A stretch of DNA of 40,360 bases from Planctomycetota bacterium (GCA_046582735.1 JAYGDV010000040.1:1-40360); one strand, 5' to 3'; positions 17,892 to 27,667 are shown, counted from the first letter of the stretch. The notes: generated from the letters alone by a model not told the origin. Made by a program: numbers and translations.

Positions 17892-17947
17892 GAAGTGGTG
17901 GCAGCCCGGCCATTGGCCCGGGTGCCCGCTTGAGATGGTGAGTTCTC

Positions 17948-19138
17948 ATGTCGCGTATTGGCGAGTTGGCATCGGTCAGTTTCAGATTGGGAGTTTTAGG
18001 CTTTGGTGGGCCTGCGGCGCACATCGCCATGCTCGAGGACGAGGTCGTCAAGCGGAGGGAATGGATCACCCCGGAACGATTCCTCGATATGCTGGGGGCG
18101 ACCAACCTGATTCCGGGTCCGAACTCCACCGAGATGGTACTTCACGTCGGTTATCTCAGGGCCGGCTTTCCGGGCCTGCTGGTTGCCGGAACGTGCTTCA
18201 TCCTTCCGGCCGTGGCGATTGTTACCTTTCTCGCCTGGCTCTACGTAGGCTACGGCAGCCTTCCTGAGGTGAAGCCCTTTATCGTGGGAATCCAGGCAGT
18301 TGTTCCAGTATTGATTGCCATGGCAGTCTGGAGGCTTGGCTGGACTGCGGTGAAAAGCCCGCTGCTGGCGGTAATCGGGCTGGCTGTGGTGGCCGCGGTA
18401 TTACTTGGAGCTGACCCCGTACTGGTTCTGCTTTGCGGTGGATTGGCGGGGTTGCTGATGCTCAGGTCCGTAAAGGGTGGGGCGGGAGGAGGGGCTGCCG
18501 GGGCGGCCCTGCTGGGTGGCGGCCTGCTTACAACGGGCGGCGGCACCCTGCTTGCGGCCGGTGCAGCCGTGAAGGTCACCCTGGTTGAACTCGGCCTCGT
18601 ATTCCTCAAGATCGGCTCGGTTCTTTTCGGAACGGGCTATGTACTTGTCGCATACCTCAAGGGCGAACTGGTCAATGACACCTTTGGTCTTACCAATACC
18701 CAGCTCATGGATGCAGTAGCAGCCGGGAATCTCACCCCGGGCCCAATTCTCTCGACAGCTTCGTTCATCGGCTATATTCTTCAACCCCCGGACTGGGAGC
18801 ATGTTCTCGGCCTGCCGGGAGCGATCGTTGCATCGGCCGGTATCTTTCTTCCTTCCTTTTTTTTCGTTCTTTTGCTGGCGCGGGTGCTGTGGAGGCTTCG
18901 TTCTTCCCCACGGATGGGAGCATTCCTCGACGCTGTGAATGTCAGCTCTGTGGGGCTGATGGCAGCTGTTGCCATCACACTCACCCGCGATACCCTGCTG
19001 CCTCCTGAAGGGGGATTTCCCTGGCAGAACGGTGTCTTGATGGTCATCGCAGCGGTTCTGCTGGCAGGCTTCAAATTGAGTCCACTGTGGCTCATTCCCT
19101 CTTCCTGTGCCGCAGGCTGGATCCTTTTTAAGATATGA
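17948..19138 (+). CDS. chrA: Chromate ion transporter (CHR family)
   Basis: GFGGPAAHIAMLEDEVVKRREWITPERFLDMLGATNLIPGPNSTEM is the canonical CHR motif, duplicated in the second half (GNLTPGPILSTASFIGY). The protein is polytopic and hydrophobic. Confidence 0.85.
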   Translation: MSRIGELASVSFRLGVLGFGGPAAHIAMLEDEVVKRREWITPERFLDMLGATNLIPGPNSTEMVLHVGYLRAGFPGLLVAGTCFILPAVAIVTFLAWLYVGYGSLPEVKPFIVGIQAVVPVLIAMAVWRLGWTAVKSPLLAVIGLAVVAAVLLGADPVLVLLCGGLAGLLMLRSVKGGAGGGAAGAALLGGGLLTTGGGTLLAAGAAVKVTLVELGLVFLKIGSVLFGTGYVLVAYLKGELVNDTFGLTNTQLMDAVAAGNLTPGPILSTASFIGYILQPPDWEHVLGLPGAIVASAGIFLPSFFFVLLLARVLWRLRSSPRMGAFLDAVNVSSVGLMAAVAITLTRDTLLPPEGGFPWQNGVLMVIAAVLLAGFKLSPLWLIPSSCAAGWILFKI

Positions 19139-19163
19139 TTCCCGGGGGAAATTGTGAGGTTCT

Positions 19164-19191
19164 TTTACCTGCGGGAAAAAAAGGTTAGAAT
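19164..19191 (+). promoter_or_regulatory. Sigma70-like promoter candidate upstream of the FHA-kinase gene
   Basis: TTTACC (19164..19169), a 16-nt spacer, then TAGAAT (19186..19191). This implies a leader of about 105 nt before ATG 19306. Confidence 0.3.
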
Positions 19192-19305
19192 ATACATCTG
19201 CCCTCGGAAATTAATGAGGGTGTCGCGTCACAAGTTATGGTGCTGACAAAGTTTGACAAACTCATCCTTGTCGGTATCCGGGGCTGATTTTATCTTGGGA
19301 ACACT

Positions 19306-22300
19306 ATGGCCAAGCTAACAGTTGAATCAGGTTCAGAACGGGGGAAGCAGTTCAAGCTCCCCGATTCCGGTACCTTTGCGATCGGCAGGGATGAGACGTG
19401 TGCCGTTTGCATCGACGATCTTATGGCTTCCCGGGTACATTGCGTGGTGCGCTGTGATTCGGGGAAATGGATTATCGAGGATCACAAAAGCACCAACGGC
19501 ATCAGGGTTAATGATGTTCCTGTTGACCGCCATACCCTTATACCGGGCGATACGATCGAAATCGGCGATACCCTCCTGGCGCTTTCTGCGACCGATGAGG
19601 ATCCGCTGATCGGCGCCACCCTGGCCGGTTACGACATTGAGAAACGGCTTGGCCGGGGGGCCATGGGTACGGTCTATCTCGCGCGACAGCTTTCCCTCGA
19701 CCGGCCGGTTGCCCTGAAGATTCTCGCCCCGAGGTTTTCCAAGGACGAAGATTTCATCCAGAGATTTCTGGAGGAGGCGCGTGCTGCCGGCCGTCTGAAC
19801 CATCCCAATGTCGTCCAGGTCTACGATGCGGGCCATGAAGGCGACTATCACTATATGTCGATGGAGTATCTCGAAGGCGGAAGTCTCGAGGAGCTCCTCG
19901 AGAAGGAAGAGCGTCTCGATGTAATTCGCGCGGTAGAGGCTGCCAGGGACGCAGCCCAGGCGCTCCAGTTCGCCCAGCAGAACCACATTGTCCATCGTGA
20001 CATTAAGCCTGCCAACCTGCTGCTGACCCTCGATGGAACTATCAAGGTTGGTGACCTGGGAATCGCAGCTGACCTTCGGCAGTATTCCGGCGGCGTAGAG
20101 GCTACCGGCAAGACCTCGCCGGCTGGCTCGCCGCGTTACATGGCTCCTGAACAGGCACGGGGTGAGTCCCTCGATCAGCGTGCTGATATCTATGGTCTCG
20201 GCGCGACGCTTTACAAGATGATTTCCGGGGTTGCTCCCTTTGATGGGTCGAGCGTTAAAGAGATCCTCAAGGCCAAGATGGATAACGACCCACAGCCTCT
20301 CAGGAAACTTATTCCTGAAGTGCCGGGAGGGCTTTCTTCGGTTGTCCAGAAGATGCTCGCACGGAACCCGGACAGCCGCTACGAGAATGCAGAGCAGGTT
20401 TATACAGCACTCGATCCTACCCAGTATCGAAAGAGCATTTCATCCAAGGGCAAGGCCCGGGTTGCCCGTTCCACCCCTGCCTCCCAGGGCTCCAGGGCTC
20501 CAGCCGCCCGCCGCGGGCCACGCAGGTCCCCCCAGAAATCCCAGTCGAACCTGGTTGTTGGAGCCGTACTTGGAATTGTGGCGCTGGTCTTCGGGCTCGT
20601 CCTGGTTACGAAGTTGATGGATAGCGGCAATGGAGACCGCAAGGTTTCCAGGCCGGACAGGAGTGAGGAAACAACCTCAAGACCGGTGGAACAACCGCAG
20701 CAGAGCGGGATCGAGAGAGACCCCTCCAAGATCGCGATCAATGAACGTGACAGAATATCAGGGGAATACTCCAAGGGGCAGATCGATGCGGCGACGGCTC
20801 TGCAGCGCCTGGATAATCTCCTGGGAAACAACCCCCGGATCGCACCCAGCTCTGAGAAATTGCGGAAGAAGCTGTTTGCGGCGGTGGAGATCGAGAAGAA
20901 GGAGAAGGAGAGAAAGCTGCAGATTGAGGCCAAGAGCGCCGTAGCTGCGATCGATCTCCTGATCGAAAAGAAAGAGCTCAAGAGCGCAACAGATTCCATC
21001 GCCGGGTTCCTGCAGAAGTATTCCGATTTCGGGCCGGATATGGTTTCCGCCCAGCGGCAGAAGCTCAGTGGCATTATCCGTTCGGTGGTGGCGGAATCGG
21101 CGAAGCGGGTCGCCCAGCTGGTCAAGAGCGCGGATTTTGAGAAAGCCCTTGCCGAGATCGCTGCTCTCAAGGGGAAGGTGCCGGGAAGTGAAGCGGCCCG
21201 GATCCAGTCCCTGGAGGCGGAGGTGAACCTGGTCAAGAACCGGATGGCGAACAGCCTGATATTCGTTCAGGAGAAGCGTTCCGGCATCTACAAGTTCCTG
21301 GCAGACCTTGATTTTTCCGAAGCCGAAAAACAGCTTGCCGACATCATCGGCAAGCTGGGTGGCATCGAGAAGGTCAACCAGGAAGCCAGGGATCTCCTTG
21401 GATTGATTGGTAATCATGTTTCATCAAGTAAGCTGGCCTGGGAGGAACTCCAGGTAATCTTTTCGGCAGCGGCAAAGTCCAAGGCAGCAGTGAAGCTCAA
21501 GTTTCTTCTTGCCACCGCGGATGACAAGGAGCTGCGTTACAAGGTGCTCGGGCTCGAAGGGCATGCGGTAAGAGTCCAGGAGTCCGGCTCCAAGGCACCG
21601 CCTCCGGTGGCCTATCGTGTCCTTGGACTCGATACCGGGATCGCCGTAAACCTCCTGGGAAAGCAGGGCCGCCAGGGGCTTGGGGAGGAAAAGATTTTAC
21701 AGGGAGTTGGCCTGCTGCTGTTGTTGCGGGATGGTCCGGGCCGCGCACGTGAGCTTCTCCTGGATGAAAAGATTCCCGCTGCCGGCAGGAAGGCCAATGA
21801 AGAGTTGCTTGCCAGCTACGGCAATAGCTGGAGAGAGGCACGCCTTTACGCTCTTCAGAAGCTTGAGAACAGCCTGGGAACAGCCAAGAGCTCTGTGCCG
21901 ATGGATATGTGGAATCTTATTGCCACCGATGCCGGTGTTCTGATCACTGCCTGGCGAAAAAGGCCTGACTACGCCAAGGTCCGCGATACCCTGCACGAAC
22001 TGTTTCTTCGTACCCGCATAGCAGCCCTGCAGGGCGCCTCGGTGGAGGGGGTTTTCAACGCCAAGACCGTTAAGGAAGGCCGTGACGGTCTCACCACCCT
22101 GCAGTACGATTTTTCCACGGTGGACCAACTGAAGGATTTTCTCCCGGCACGCAGGGGCAATTCGTCAATTGAATGGGTAGAGAAAAGGAAACTGCTCAAG
22201 CTCAAGGGCGAAGTGCGTTTTCTTGCTGCTAATCCTTTTGAATCACGGTTGTCAGTCACCGGCCTGGTGCCCACAGGTGGGTACAACTCCCAGGCACCGA

Positions 22301-23220
22301 ATATCAATGTGGCGCTCTGGACAGAGGAAGACGATGTAGTCTCCTCCGGGCTTGACGGAAGGACCCTTGATTACTCAGCCTGGCGCGACCGGAATGAAGA
22401 TGCAGAGCCGCCTGCTGATTTCTTTGTGGCAGGCATGGGCTACAAGGTTGAAGTCCGTCTTGGCGGTGGTCTTACAGGAGGGCGTCTCAGTGCACTGGCA
22501 AGAACCCTGACCAACTGGCTCCCTGTCTATCTGAAGGAATCTTCCCTGGCGCTCCTTTCGGTCGATCATGGAAGCTCTCTCCACAAACGTCGCGATGAAA
22601 AAATATGGGACCAGCCGGCCGGCAGCTTTTTTCGCTCCGGGGCAGTGCGGTTTGCAGTCTCGATGGATGGACGGGATTTAAAGTGGAAGCTCAACAACAA
22701 GACGATCAACTACAAGACCAGCCTGGCCGTTGGCCGCCTGGGAGACAGGATTCCGCACGCTGGTTCGTTCAGTCTCTTTACCAATAACTCGACGGTCTTT
22801 TTCCAGTCCCTGGAAATTGTTGGCCGGATTTCGAAGGAATGGGCTTCCGGTCTTGCGAAAAGTATTGCCGAGAGAGAGCTCAAAAAACTGGATCCTTCTC
22901 CGAGCAGCGGGTCAGGCGGGAGTGGGCAGGACGATAAAAAGCCGGGTTCGGGGAAACCGGCAGAAAAGAAGTCGGCGGACGCGGGTAAAGTTGGCGACCC
23001 CTCGTCCTCTCCTGCGGGGAGCGCTGAATTAAAAGGGCTGATGGGACAGTTTGACAAGAACGGCAATGGGACCCTGGATGCCGACGAACGAAAAGCCCTC
23101 CAGGATTTCCTGCGAGGGCGTTCTCAGGAAGATTCGGCCCCCAGCCCCAAGGGCGACCAACCGGATGGTTCGGGGAAGACTTCGCCTCCCGCAGCGGCAA
23201 AGAAAACTACTTCCGGATAA
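19306..23220 (+). CDS. FHA domain + Hanks-type Ser/Thr protein kinase + single TM + large extracytoplasmic helical and lectin-like region + C-terminal EF-hand loop
   Basis: FHA: FAIGRDETCAVCIDDLMASRVHCVV...STNGIRVN. Kinase: LGRGAMGTVYLA...VALKIL...HRDIKPANLL...DLGIA...GSPRYMAPE. TM: LVVGAVLGIVALVFGLVLVTKL. C-terminal beta domain ending ...NNSTVFFQSLEIVG. EF-hand loop DKNGNGTLDADE at 23053..23088. Confidence 0.85.
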   Translation: MAKLTVESGSERGKQFKLPDSGTFAIGRDETCAVCIDDLMASRVHCVVRCDSGKWIIEDHKSTNGIRVNDVPVDRHTLIPGDTIEIGDTLLALSATDEDPLIGATLAGYDIEKRLGRGAMGTVYLARQLSLDRPVALKILAPRFSKDEDFIQRFLEEARAAGRLNHPNVVQVYDAGHEGDYHYMSMEYLEGGSLEELLEKEERLDVIRAVEAARDAAQALQFAQQNHIVHRDIKPANLLLTLDGTIKVGDLGIAADLRQYSGGVEATGKTSPAGSPRYMAPEQARGESLDQRADIYGLGATLYKMISGVAPFDGSSVKEILKAKMDNDPQPLRKLIPEVPGGLSSVVQKMLARNPDSRYENAEQVYTALDPTQYRKSISSKGKARVARSTPASQGSRAPAARRGPRRSPQKSQSNLVVGAVLGIVALVFGLVLVTKLMDSGNGDRKVSRPDRSEETTSRPVEQPQQSGIERDPSKIAINERDRISGEYSKGQIDAATALQRLDNLLGNNPRIAPSSEKLRKKLFAAVEIEKKEKERKLQIEAKSAVAAIDLLIEKKELKSATDSIAGFLQKYSDFGPDMVSAQRQKLSGIIRSVVAESAKRVAQLVKSADFEKALAEIAALKGKVPGSEAARIQSLEAEVNLVKNRMANSLIFVQEKRSGIYKFLADLDFSEAEKQLADIIGKLGGIEKVNQEARDLLGLIGNHVSSSKLAWEELQVIFSAAAKSKAAVKLKFLLATADDKELRYKVLGLEGHAVRVQESGSKAPPPVAYRVLGLDTGIAVNLLGKQGRQGLGEEKILQGVGLLLLLRDGPGRARELLLDEKIPAAGRKANEELLASYGNSWREARLYALQKLENSLGTAKSSVPMDMWNLIATDAGVLITAWRKRPDYAKVRDTLHELFLRTRIAALQGASVEGVFNAKTVKEGRDGLTTLQYDFSTVDQLKDFLPARRGNSSIEWVEKRKLLKLKGEVRFLAANPFESRLSVTGLVPTGGYNSQAPNINVALWTEEDDVVSSGLDGRTLDYSAWRDRNEDAEPPADFFVAGMGYKVEVRLGGGLTGGRLSALARTLTNWLPVYLKESSLALLSVDHGSSLHKRRDEKIWDQPAGSFFRSGAVRFAVSMDGRDLKWKLNNKTINYKTSLAVGRLGDRIPHAGSFSLFTNNSTVFFQSLEIVGRISKEWASGLAKSIAERELKKLDPSPSSGSGGSGQDDKKPGSGKPAEKKSADAGKVGDPSSSPAGSAELKGLMGQFDKNGNGTLDADERKALQDFLRGRSQEDSAPSPKGDQPDGSGKTSPPAAAKKTTSG

Positions 23221-23244
23221 GGGTTTCCCCGAGGGGCCAATGGG

Positions 23245-26200
23245 ATGGTTGTAAATCAAAAGGGGCAGAGTTGCAGGCCCGGCCAGGCTACGGGTTCAGG
23301 GAGTTTTCTTTCGGTTCTGGCCTGGGCGGCGGTTTTTTCCCTGGTCACCGGATCGGCCTGGAGCGAGGTGTTATCGCTTCGTTGCGGAATAACAACGACC
23401 AGGGGAGTCCCGGCCGAGGGGCGCAGTCTTCCTGACCTGCCTTTCAACGTTGAGAGGGGTTATGGGTTTATTGGCGGGAAGGCTGGAGTACTTGAGACAG
23501 CTGCGGTTCGGGGGCTGCGTGCCGCGCCGCGGGTTTCCTGGCGGGCCGGGGAATCAAAATACGTCTTCAAGCTCAAACGGGGCGAATACCTCGTAACCCT
23601 GGACTTTATAGAAACCGAGGTCGCTGCTGCGGGGCTCCGGATTTTTGATGTAGAGGCAGAGGGCAAGGTAAGTATAGAGGGATTGGATATCTTTGATGAG
23701 GCTGGAGATTTCAGCCTTCTCCAGAGGTCCTTTCGGGTAGGGGTTTTTGATGGGTGGCTCGATCTGCAGCTTGTTGCTGTTACAGGGGACCGGGGGCCGC
23801 GTGTATCTGGAATCAGGATTGAGCCGTTTTCAGCGGCGGACTCTGCCGGACTCTCCCTGGGCAAGCCGGTTCTCAGCGGCCGTTCGGGTCTTTTTCGAAA
23901 CACCCTGGCCTGGAAGCCCCCGGTGGGGGAGGGTTGGGGTACGGCTCCTCTTGCAGGGTTCAATCTCTACAGAAGCAAGGTCGCTGGGGGGCCCTTTGCG
24001 CCTGTCAATGACCGCCTTCTGCGGGTTCCTTACCTGGTGGACCGGGACCTCGTTCCCGGGACCACCTATTACTACCGGGTACAGAGCCAGGATATAGCGG
24101 GCACCAGGAGCTCCGCTTCCGCAGCGGTTGCCCTGGAGGCGCTCTCGCATTCAAAGACAGATCCGAAGATTTACGATATCCGGATAAGCGATGCTGACTT
24201 CCGGCGCATGGCGACCCGGGAGGGATCGGCCGAGAGGGTCCCCGCGGAGGTTCTTTATATGAAAGGCCGCTTTCCGGCGGAGATTGGTTTTGATGTGCGG
24301 CCCGGGAGTTGGTTGCGACAGAAGAACCTGGTTGTCGATATGAGCAGGGACAGCTTCAGGGCTTTCCGCAAGAGAGATTTTCTCCTGCTCAGCGCAGAAG
24401 AGCCTGACTTTACCCGGATGCGGAGAACCCTCACGTCCATGGCAGCCGGGTCGGTCGGGCTCGCCGCCGGCCTTACTGAGCCGGTCATTGTCCTGGTCAA
24501 CGGCAGGTTTTTCGGCTTGCGCTATGATGTAGAAAGGATTGACAGCAAGTTCAGGAAGCGCACGCTGCTTGACAGGACCGGTCCCTTGAGCCGCCTTACC
24601 GGTGATGACCACTGGCGGGCGGACTGGAGTATGCGCGCCCGGAGGGTGGGCAAGAGTGGAGACCTGCTGTCAGTCAATGATCTTGTACGGCAGCTCAACC
24701 GCCTTCACCCGGGAGAGATTGAAAGTTTTTTCAGGAGCCGTTTTTACCTGGGGAAGCTGATCGACCGCCTGGCATTTTCAGCGGTAAGAGGCGAACTGGA
24801 CCCTGACCCCGAAGATCTTTTTTTACTGAAGGATTCGCGCAACGGCAAGTGGGAGATGTTCAGGCAGGATTACAGCGGTGGAGCCTGGGGGATCAGGGAT
24901 CTCGATACAGCGATTCGGGATCTCACACCGGGAGAACTGGAGCGGGCGCTGTTTCCCCTGTGTCAGCGCAGCGGGACGCCCCAGAGAAAGGCCTGGATGG
25001 TTCTCTTCACCCGTTTTTTCAATACTCCCGCTTTGCGTGAGCTCTATCTCCAGAGGGTGGAGTCAATGATCCGGGAGGAGCTCTCTGCAGAGCGGTTTGA
25101 TGCAATGGTGGACAGGGCGGCAGCCACCGCCGCTTCAGCCCTCGAACACAGCAGGCTGCTCTCCCCCGGTGTCCGGGTAGCTTCCCCCGGGGTCCTGGGG
25201 GATGAGATTAAGGCAGCTCACCGAAGGCGGACAACGGCCCTGAAGGTGCTCATTGATGCAGTCAGAGCGCGCCCCCGGGAACCCGTTATGATCTCTTCTT
25301 ATTTTCTCAACCCGGCCAGTGGTTCACTCTGGGTCGAGTTGCGCAATCGTTCAGATGCAGTGGTTAAGCTCGCGGATTTAAGGTTCTCCGGTGGCTTCAG
25401 TGATAACCCCCGCCTGGTTTCCAGGGTGGGAGACCTGGCCCCGGGAACGGCTTTCAGGCTGGAGCTGCCCCCGGGACCGCAAACCAGGAGCCTGGCAAGC
25501 GGCGGATCACTGGTGTTGTGGCGTCGCGTACCGCAGGCTGGGATCATCGTTTCCGATTTTGTTTTCTTTGGCCACCAAGGCAGGGGCGTCGTTCAGAAAA
25601 AAGTGCCCGCCGGTGAGGGCGACTGGGTTTTTGTTTCTGAAGGCGAAAAAAAGAGCGAATGCCCAAGTCCGTTTTATTCCCATGAAGTAGTCCGTCGCAA
25701 CAACGGTGACCTGCTGCTCTCCTTCAGGTTGAATAGTTTACCTGGAGGTTCCCGGGGGCAGAGGCCGGTGGTAGAGCTGATGTACCGGCCGGTGGGTGAT
25801 AAGGCCTATGAGGGTGTTCCCATGACCTGGGATGAGGAGCGGCATCGGTACCTGGTTACTCTTCAAAAGGACGAGAATCGACCGCGTACAGAATATTACT
25901 ACCGGGCGAGGGGAACGAACGGTCTTGAACGGGCTTACCCCCTGGGGGCTCCTGCGTTGACACTGGTGCTGCCTGTTCTTCCGAAGTTTTTCATCAACGA
26001 GGTCTGTCCCCGGCCCGGTGGAGCTCCCGGGGCACCGGGTGAGTTCATCGAGATTATCAACGAGTCCGACCGGGCTCTCTCTCTGAAAGGTCTCTATCTC
26101 TCCGACGACCGGGGAAGGAAAGCGAAGTGGTGTATCACCGATGACATCGTCGTCAAGCCGGGAGGCTACGAGGTTTTTTACGGGGATGGACTGAACCAGG

Positions 26201-26457
26201 GTCGGCATACGAGTTTCAAGTTGTCCAATTCAGGGGAGTTCGTAGGCCTCTATACGTCTCCTCACGAGGGGAGTCTCCTGGTCCACGGGTGCGCTTTCAG
26301 AGGCGTTCCCCTTGGGAACTCCTGGGGAAGAAAGCAGGATGGAAGCAGGTCATTCAGAGCCTGGAAGGATCCTACTCCCGGTAAGAGAAACCTGCCGAAA
26401 ATACCCGAGGGCTACCTCGAGAAGTTGCGCGCCAGGCAGAAGGCAAAGGACGATTGA
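23245..26457 (+). CDS. Secreted multidomain CotH-family (atypical kinase-like) protein: malectin-like + FN3 + CotH + two lamin-tail (LTD) domains
   Basis: GAGGGG lies 8 nt upstream. Signal peptide: FLSVLAWAAVFSLVTGSAWS. Malectin-like: YLVTLDFIETE...RIFDVEAEGK...LDIFDEAG...VSGIRIEP. FN3-like: LAWKPP...YYYRVQSQD. CotH-like: VIVLVNGRFFGLRYDVERIDSKF...NGKWEMFRQDYSGGAWG. LTD: FINEVCPRP...EFIEIINESDRALSLKGLYLSDD...FKLSNSGEFVGLY. Confidence 0.8.
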   Translation: MVVNQKGQSCRPGQATGSGSFLSVLAWAAVFSLVTGSAWSEVLSLRCGITTTRGVPAEGRSLPDLPFNVERGYGFIGGKAGVLETAAVRGLRAAPRVSWRAGESKYVFKLKRGEYLVTLDFIETEVAAAGLRIFDVEAEGKVSIEGLDIFDEAGDFSLLQRSFRVGVFDGWLDLQLVAVTGDRGPRVSGIRIEPFSAADSAGLSLGKPVLSGRSGLFRNTLAWKPPVGEGWGTAPLAGFNLYRSKVAGGPFAPVNDRLLRVPYLVDRDLVPGTTYYYRVQSQDIAGTRSSASAAVALEALSHSKTDPKIYDIRISDADFRRMATREGSAERVPAEVLYMKGRFPAEIGFDVRPGSWLRQKNLVVDMSRDSFRAFRKRDFLLLSAEEPDFTRMRRTLTSMAAGSVGLAAGLTEPVIVLVNGRFFGLRYDVERIDSKFRKRTLLDRTGPLSRLTGDDHWRADWSMRARRVGKSGDLLSVNDLVRQLNRLHPGEIESFFRSRFYLGKLIDRLAFSAVRGELDPDPEDLFLLKDSRNGKWEMFRQDYSGGAWGIRDLDTAIRDLTPGELERALFPLCQRSGTPQRKAWMVLFTRFFNTPALRELYLQRVESMIREELSAERFDAMVDRAAATAASALEHSRLLSPGVRVASPGVLGDEIKAAHRRRTTALKVLIDAVRARPREPVMISSYFLNPASGSLWVELRNRSDAVVKLADLRFSGGFSDNPRLVSRVGDLAPGTAFRLELPPGPQTRSLASGGSLVLWRRVPQAGIIVSDFVFFGHQGRGVVQKKVPAGEGDWVFVSEGEKKSECPSPFYSHEVVRRNNGDLLLSFRLNSLPGGSRGQRPVVELMYRPVGDKAYEGVPMTWDEERHRYLVTLQKDENRPRTEYYYRARGTNGLERAYPLGAPALTLVLPVLPKFFINEVCPRPGGAPGAPGEFIEIINESDRALSLKGLYLSDDRGRKAKWCITDDIVVKPGGYEVFYGDGLNQGRHTSFKLSNSGEFVGLYTSPHEGSLLVHGCAFRGVPLGNSWGRKQDGSRSFRAWKDPTPGKRNLPKIPEGYLEKLRARQKAKDD

Positions 26458-26478
26458 AGGGTAAGCCGCCCAGGGGGG

Positions 26479-27468
26479 CTAGATCTCTTCATCCTCGAAA
26501 AGCCTGCCAAGCTTCTTCATGAAGGCGGGGAATCCCGGGTCCTTCCTGAGATTGATCAGGTCACCATCCTTGCCGATGTTGCCATAGTGTTCCGGGTTGC
26601 CCTGGACGGCCTTCAGCAGGTATTTTTTCGCGCGCTCGAGGTTCCCTCCGAGAGAATTGGAGCAGGCGGCGTTGTAATAGTGGAGGTTGAGCTGCTGCTC
26701 CCCCTCGCGCAACACTTCCTGTGGGACCCGGGCCTGGCGTTGGGTTTTGAGGAGCTTTTCGGAGAGCTCGAGAATTTTTTCGTAGGCTTCGATGGCCCTG
26801 GCGTAATTACGAATACGGTAATAGAGGTTGGAGAGCTCGATGTTGGCGCTGAGCCGTACCAGGCTGCGCTGGTGGTCAGTAAACCGGGAATATCTCGTCA
26901 GCTTATTGTCGATAGCGGTGGTGTCACCGAAGATAGCAAGAATGATGCCCAGCTCGTTGCGAAGATCCGGGTCGAGGAGGATGTCCCAGTAGAGCTGGCG
27001 GAGCCTGGGAAGGAGGCTCTTGTCTCCGATATCCGCCAGGGCACGGCAGCTGCCGTGGCGGATGGCGTAAGGCGACGATTCATCATTGAGCAGGAAAAAC
27101 AGGGCCTCGATATTTTCAGTCCTGTTCTCAGCAAGTTCATTGTACTGGCCATCGAAGGAGAGCTGCGATTTGATGCCGCGCTGCAATACCCCTGCCACCC
27201 GGGTAGAGATGATCAGGTTGCGGGCTTTTACCAGGGTGGCAGAGACGGGACCCGGGCCTTTCTTGATTCCGGACCGTATCGTCGCGAGCGCCTCGGGTCC
27301 CAGCTTTGCGAGGTCGCGGACCAGCTGGTTGTTCCCGACGTTTTTTTTGATCTGCCCGATGATCGCCAGGGCTTTTTCATCGGTGCCCGGGTCCGCTGCG
27401 GCTGGCTGGCTGGACAGCCCCGGGAAAATAACAAGGATTGTAAGCAGGAGGCAGGCTGGGTACTTCAT
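26479..27468 (-). CDS. Secreted HEAT/TPR-like repeat protein (hypothetical)
   Basis: The internal ATG 27468 gives the signal peptide MKYPACLLLTILVIFPGLSSQPAAA. The track's 53-aa extension lacks this logic. The C-terminal half is TPR-like (YYRIRNYARAIEAYEKIL..., HYYNAACSNSLGGNLERAKKYLLKAV...DPGFPAF). Confidence 0.65.
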   Translation of the reverse strand: MKYPACLLLTILVIFPGLSSQPAAADPGTDEKALAIIGQIKKNVGNNQLVRDLAKLGPEALATIRSGIKKGPGPVSATLVKARNLIISTRVAGVLQRGIKSQLSFDGQYNELAENRTENIEALFFLLNDESSPYAIRHGSCRALADIGDKSLLPRLRQLYWDILLDPDLRNELGIILAIFGDTTAIDNKLTRYSRFTDHQRSLVRLSANIELSNLYYRIRNYARAIEAYEKILELSEKLLKTQRQARVPQEVLREGEQQLNLHYYNAACSNSLGGNLERAKKYLLKAVQGNPEHYGNIGKDGDLINLRKDPGFPAFMKKLGRLFEDEEI

Positions 27469-27667
27469 GATCCCTTGCTGGTTGATTGGACCCGGCATCC
27501 ACATCCGCCGGAAATTCTCTATGCGCAGAATATAACGCGCCCGCCTGTTGAGAGGATACAGAAAAGCAGCGGGGGAAGTCTTCAGCTGGTGTCTTGCCAC
27601 GGAGGTGCAGGGTGTGGAAAATGTCACTTCGCTTGTTGACAGGATTCCCCGGTGCCAGGAAGGTGAA

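Noticed and set aside
27515-27532. ATTCT-N8-AGAAT inverted repeat considered as a DtxR/MntR operator
   Set aside because: The arms are only 5 bp and the sequence does not resemble the longer AT-rich palindromes bound by DtxR/MntR-family proteins. It could easily occur by chance.
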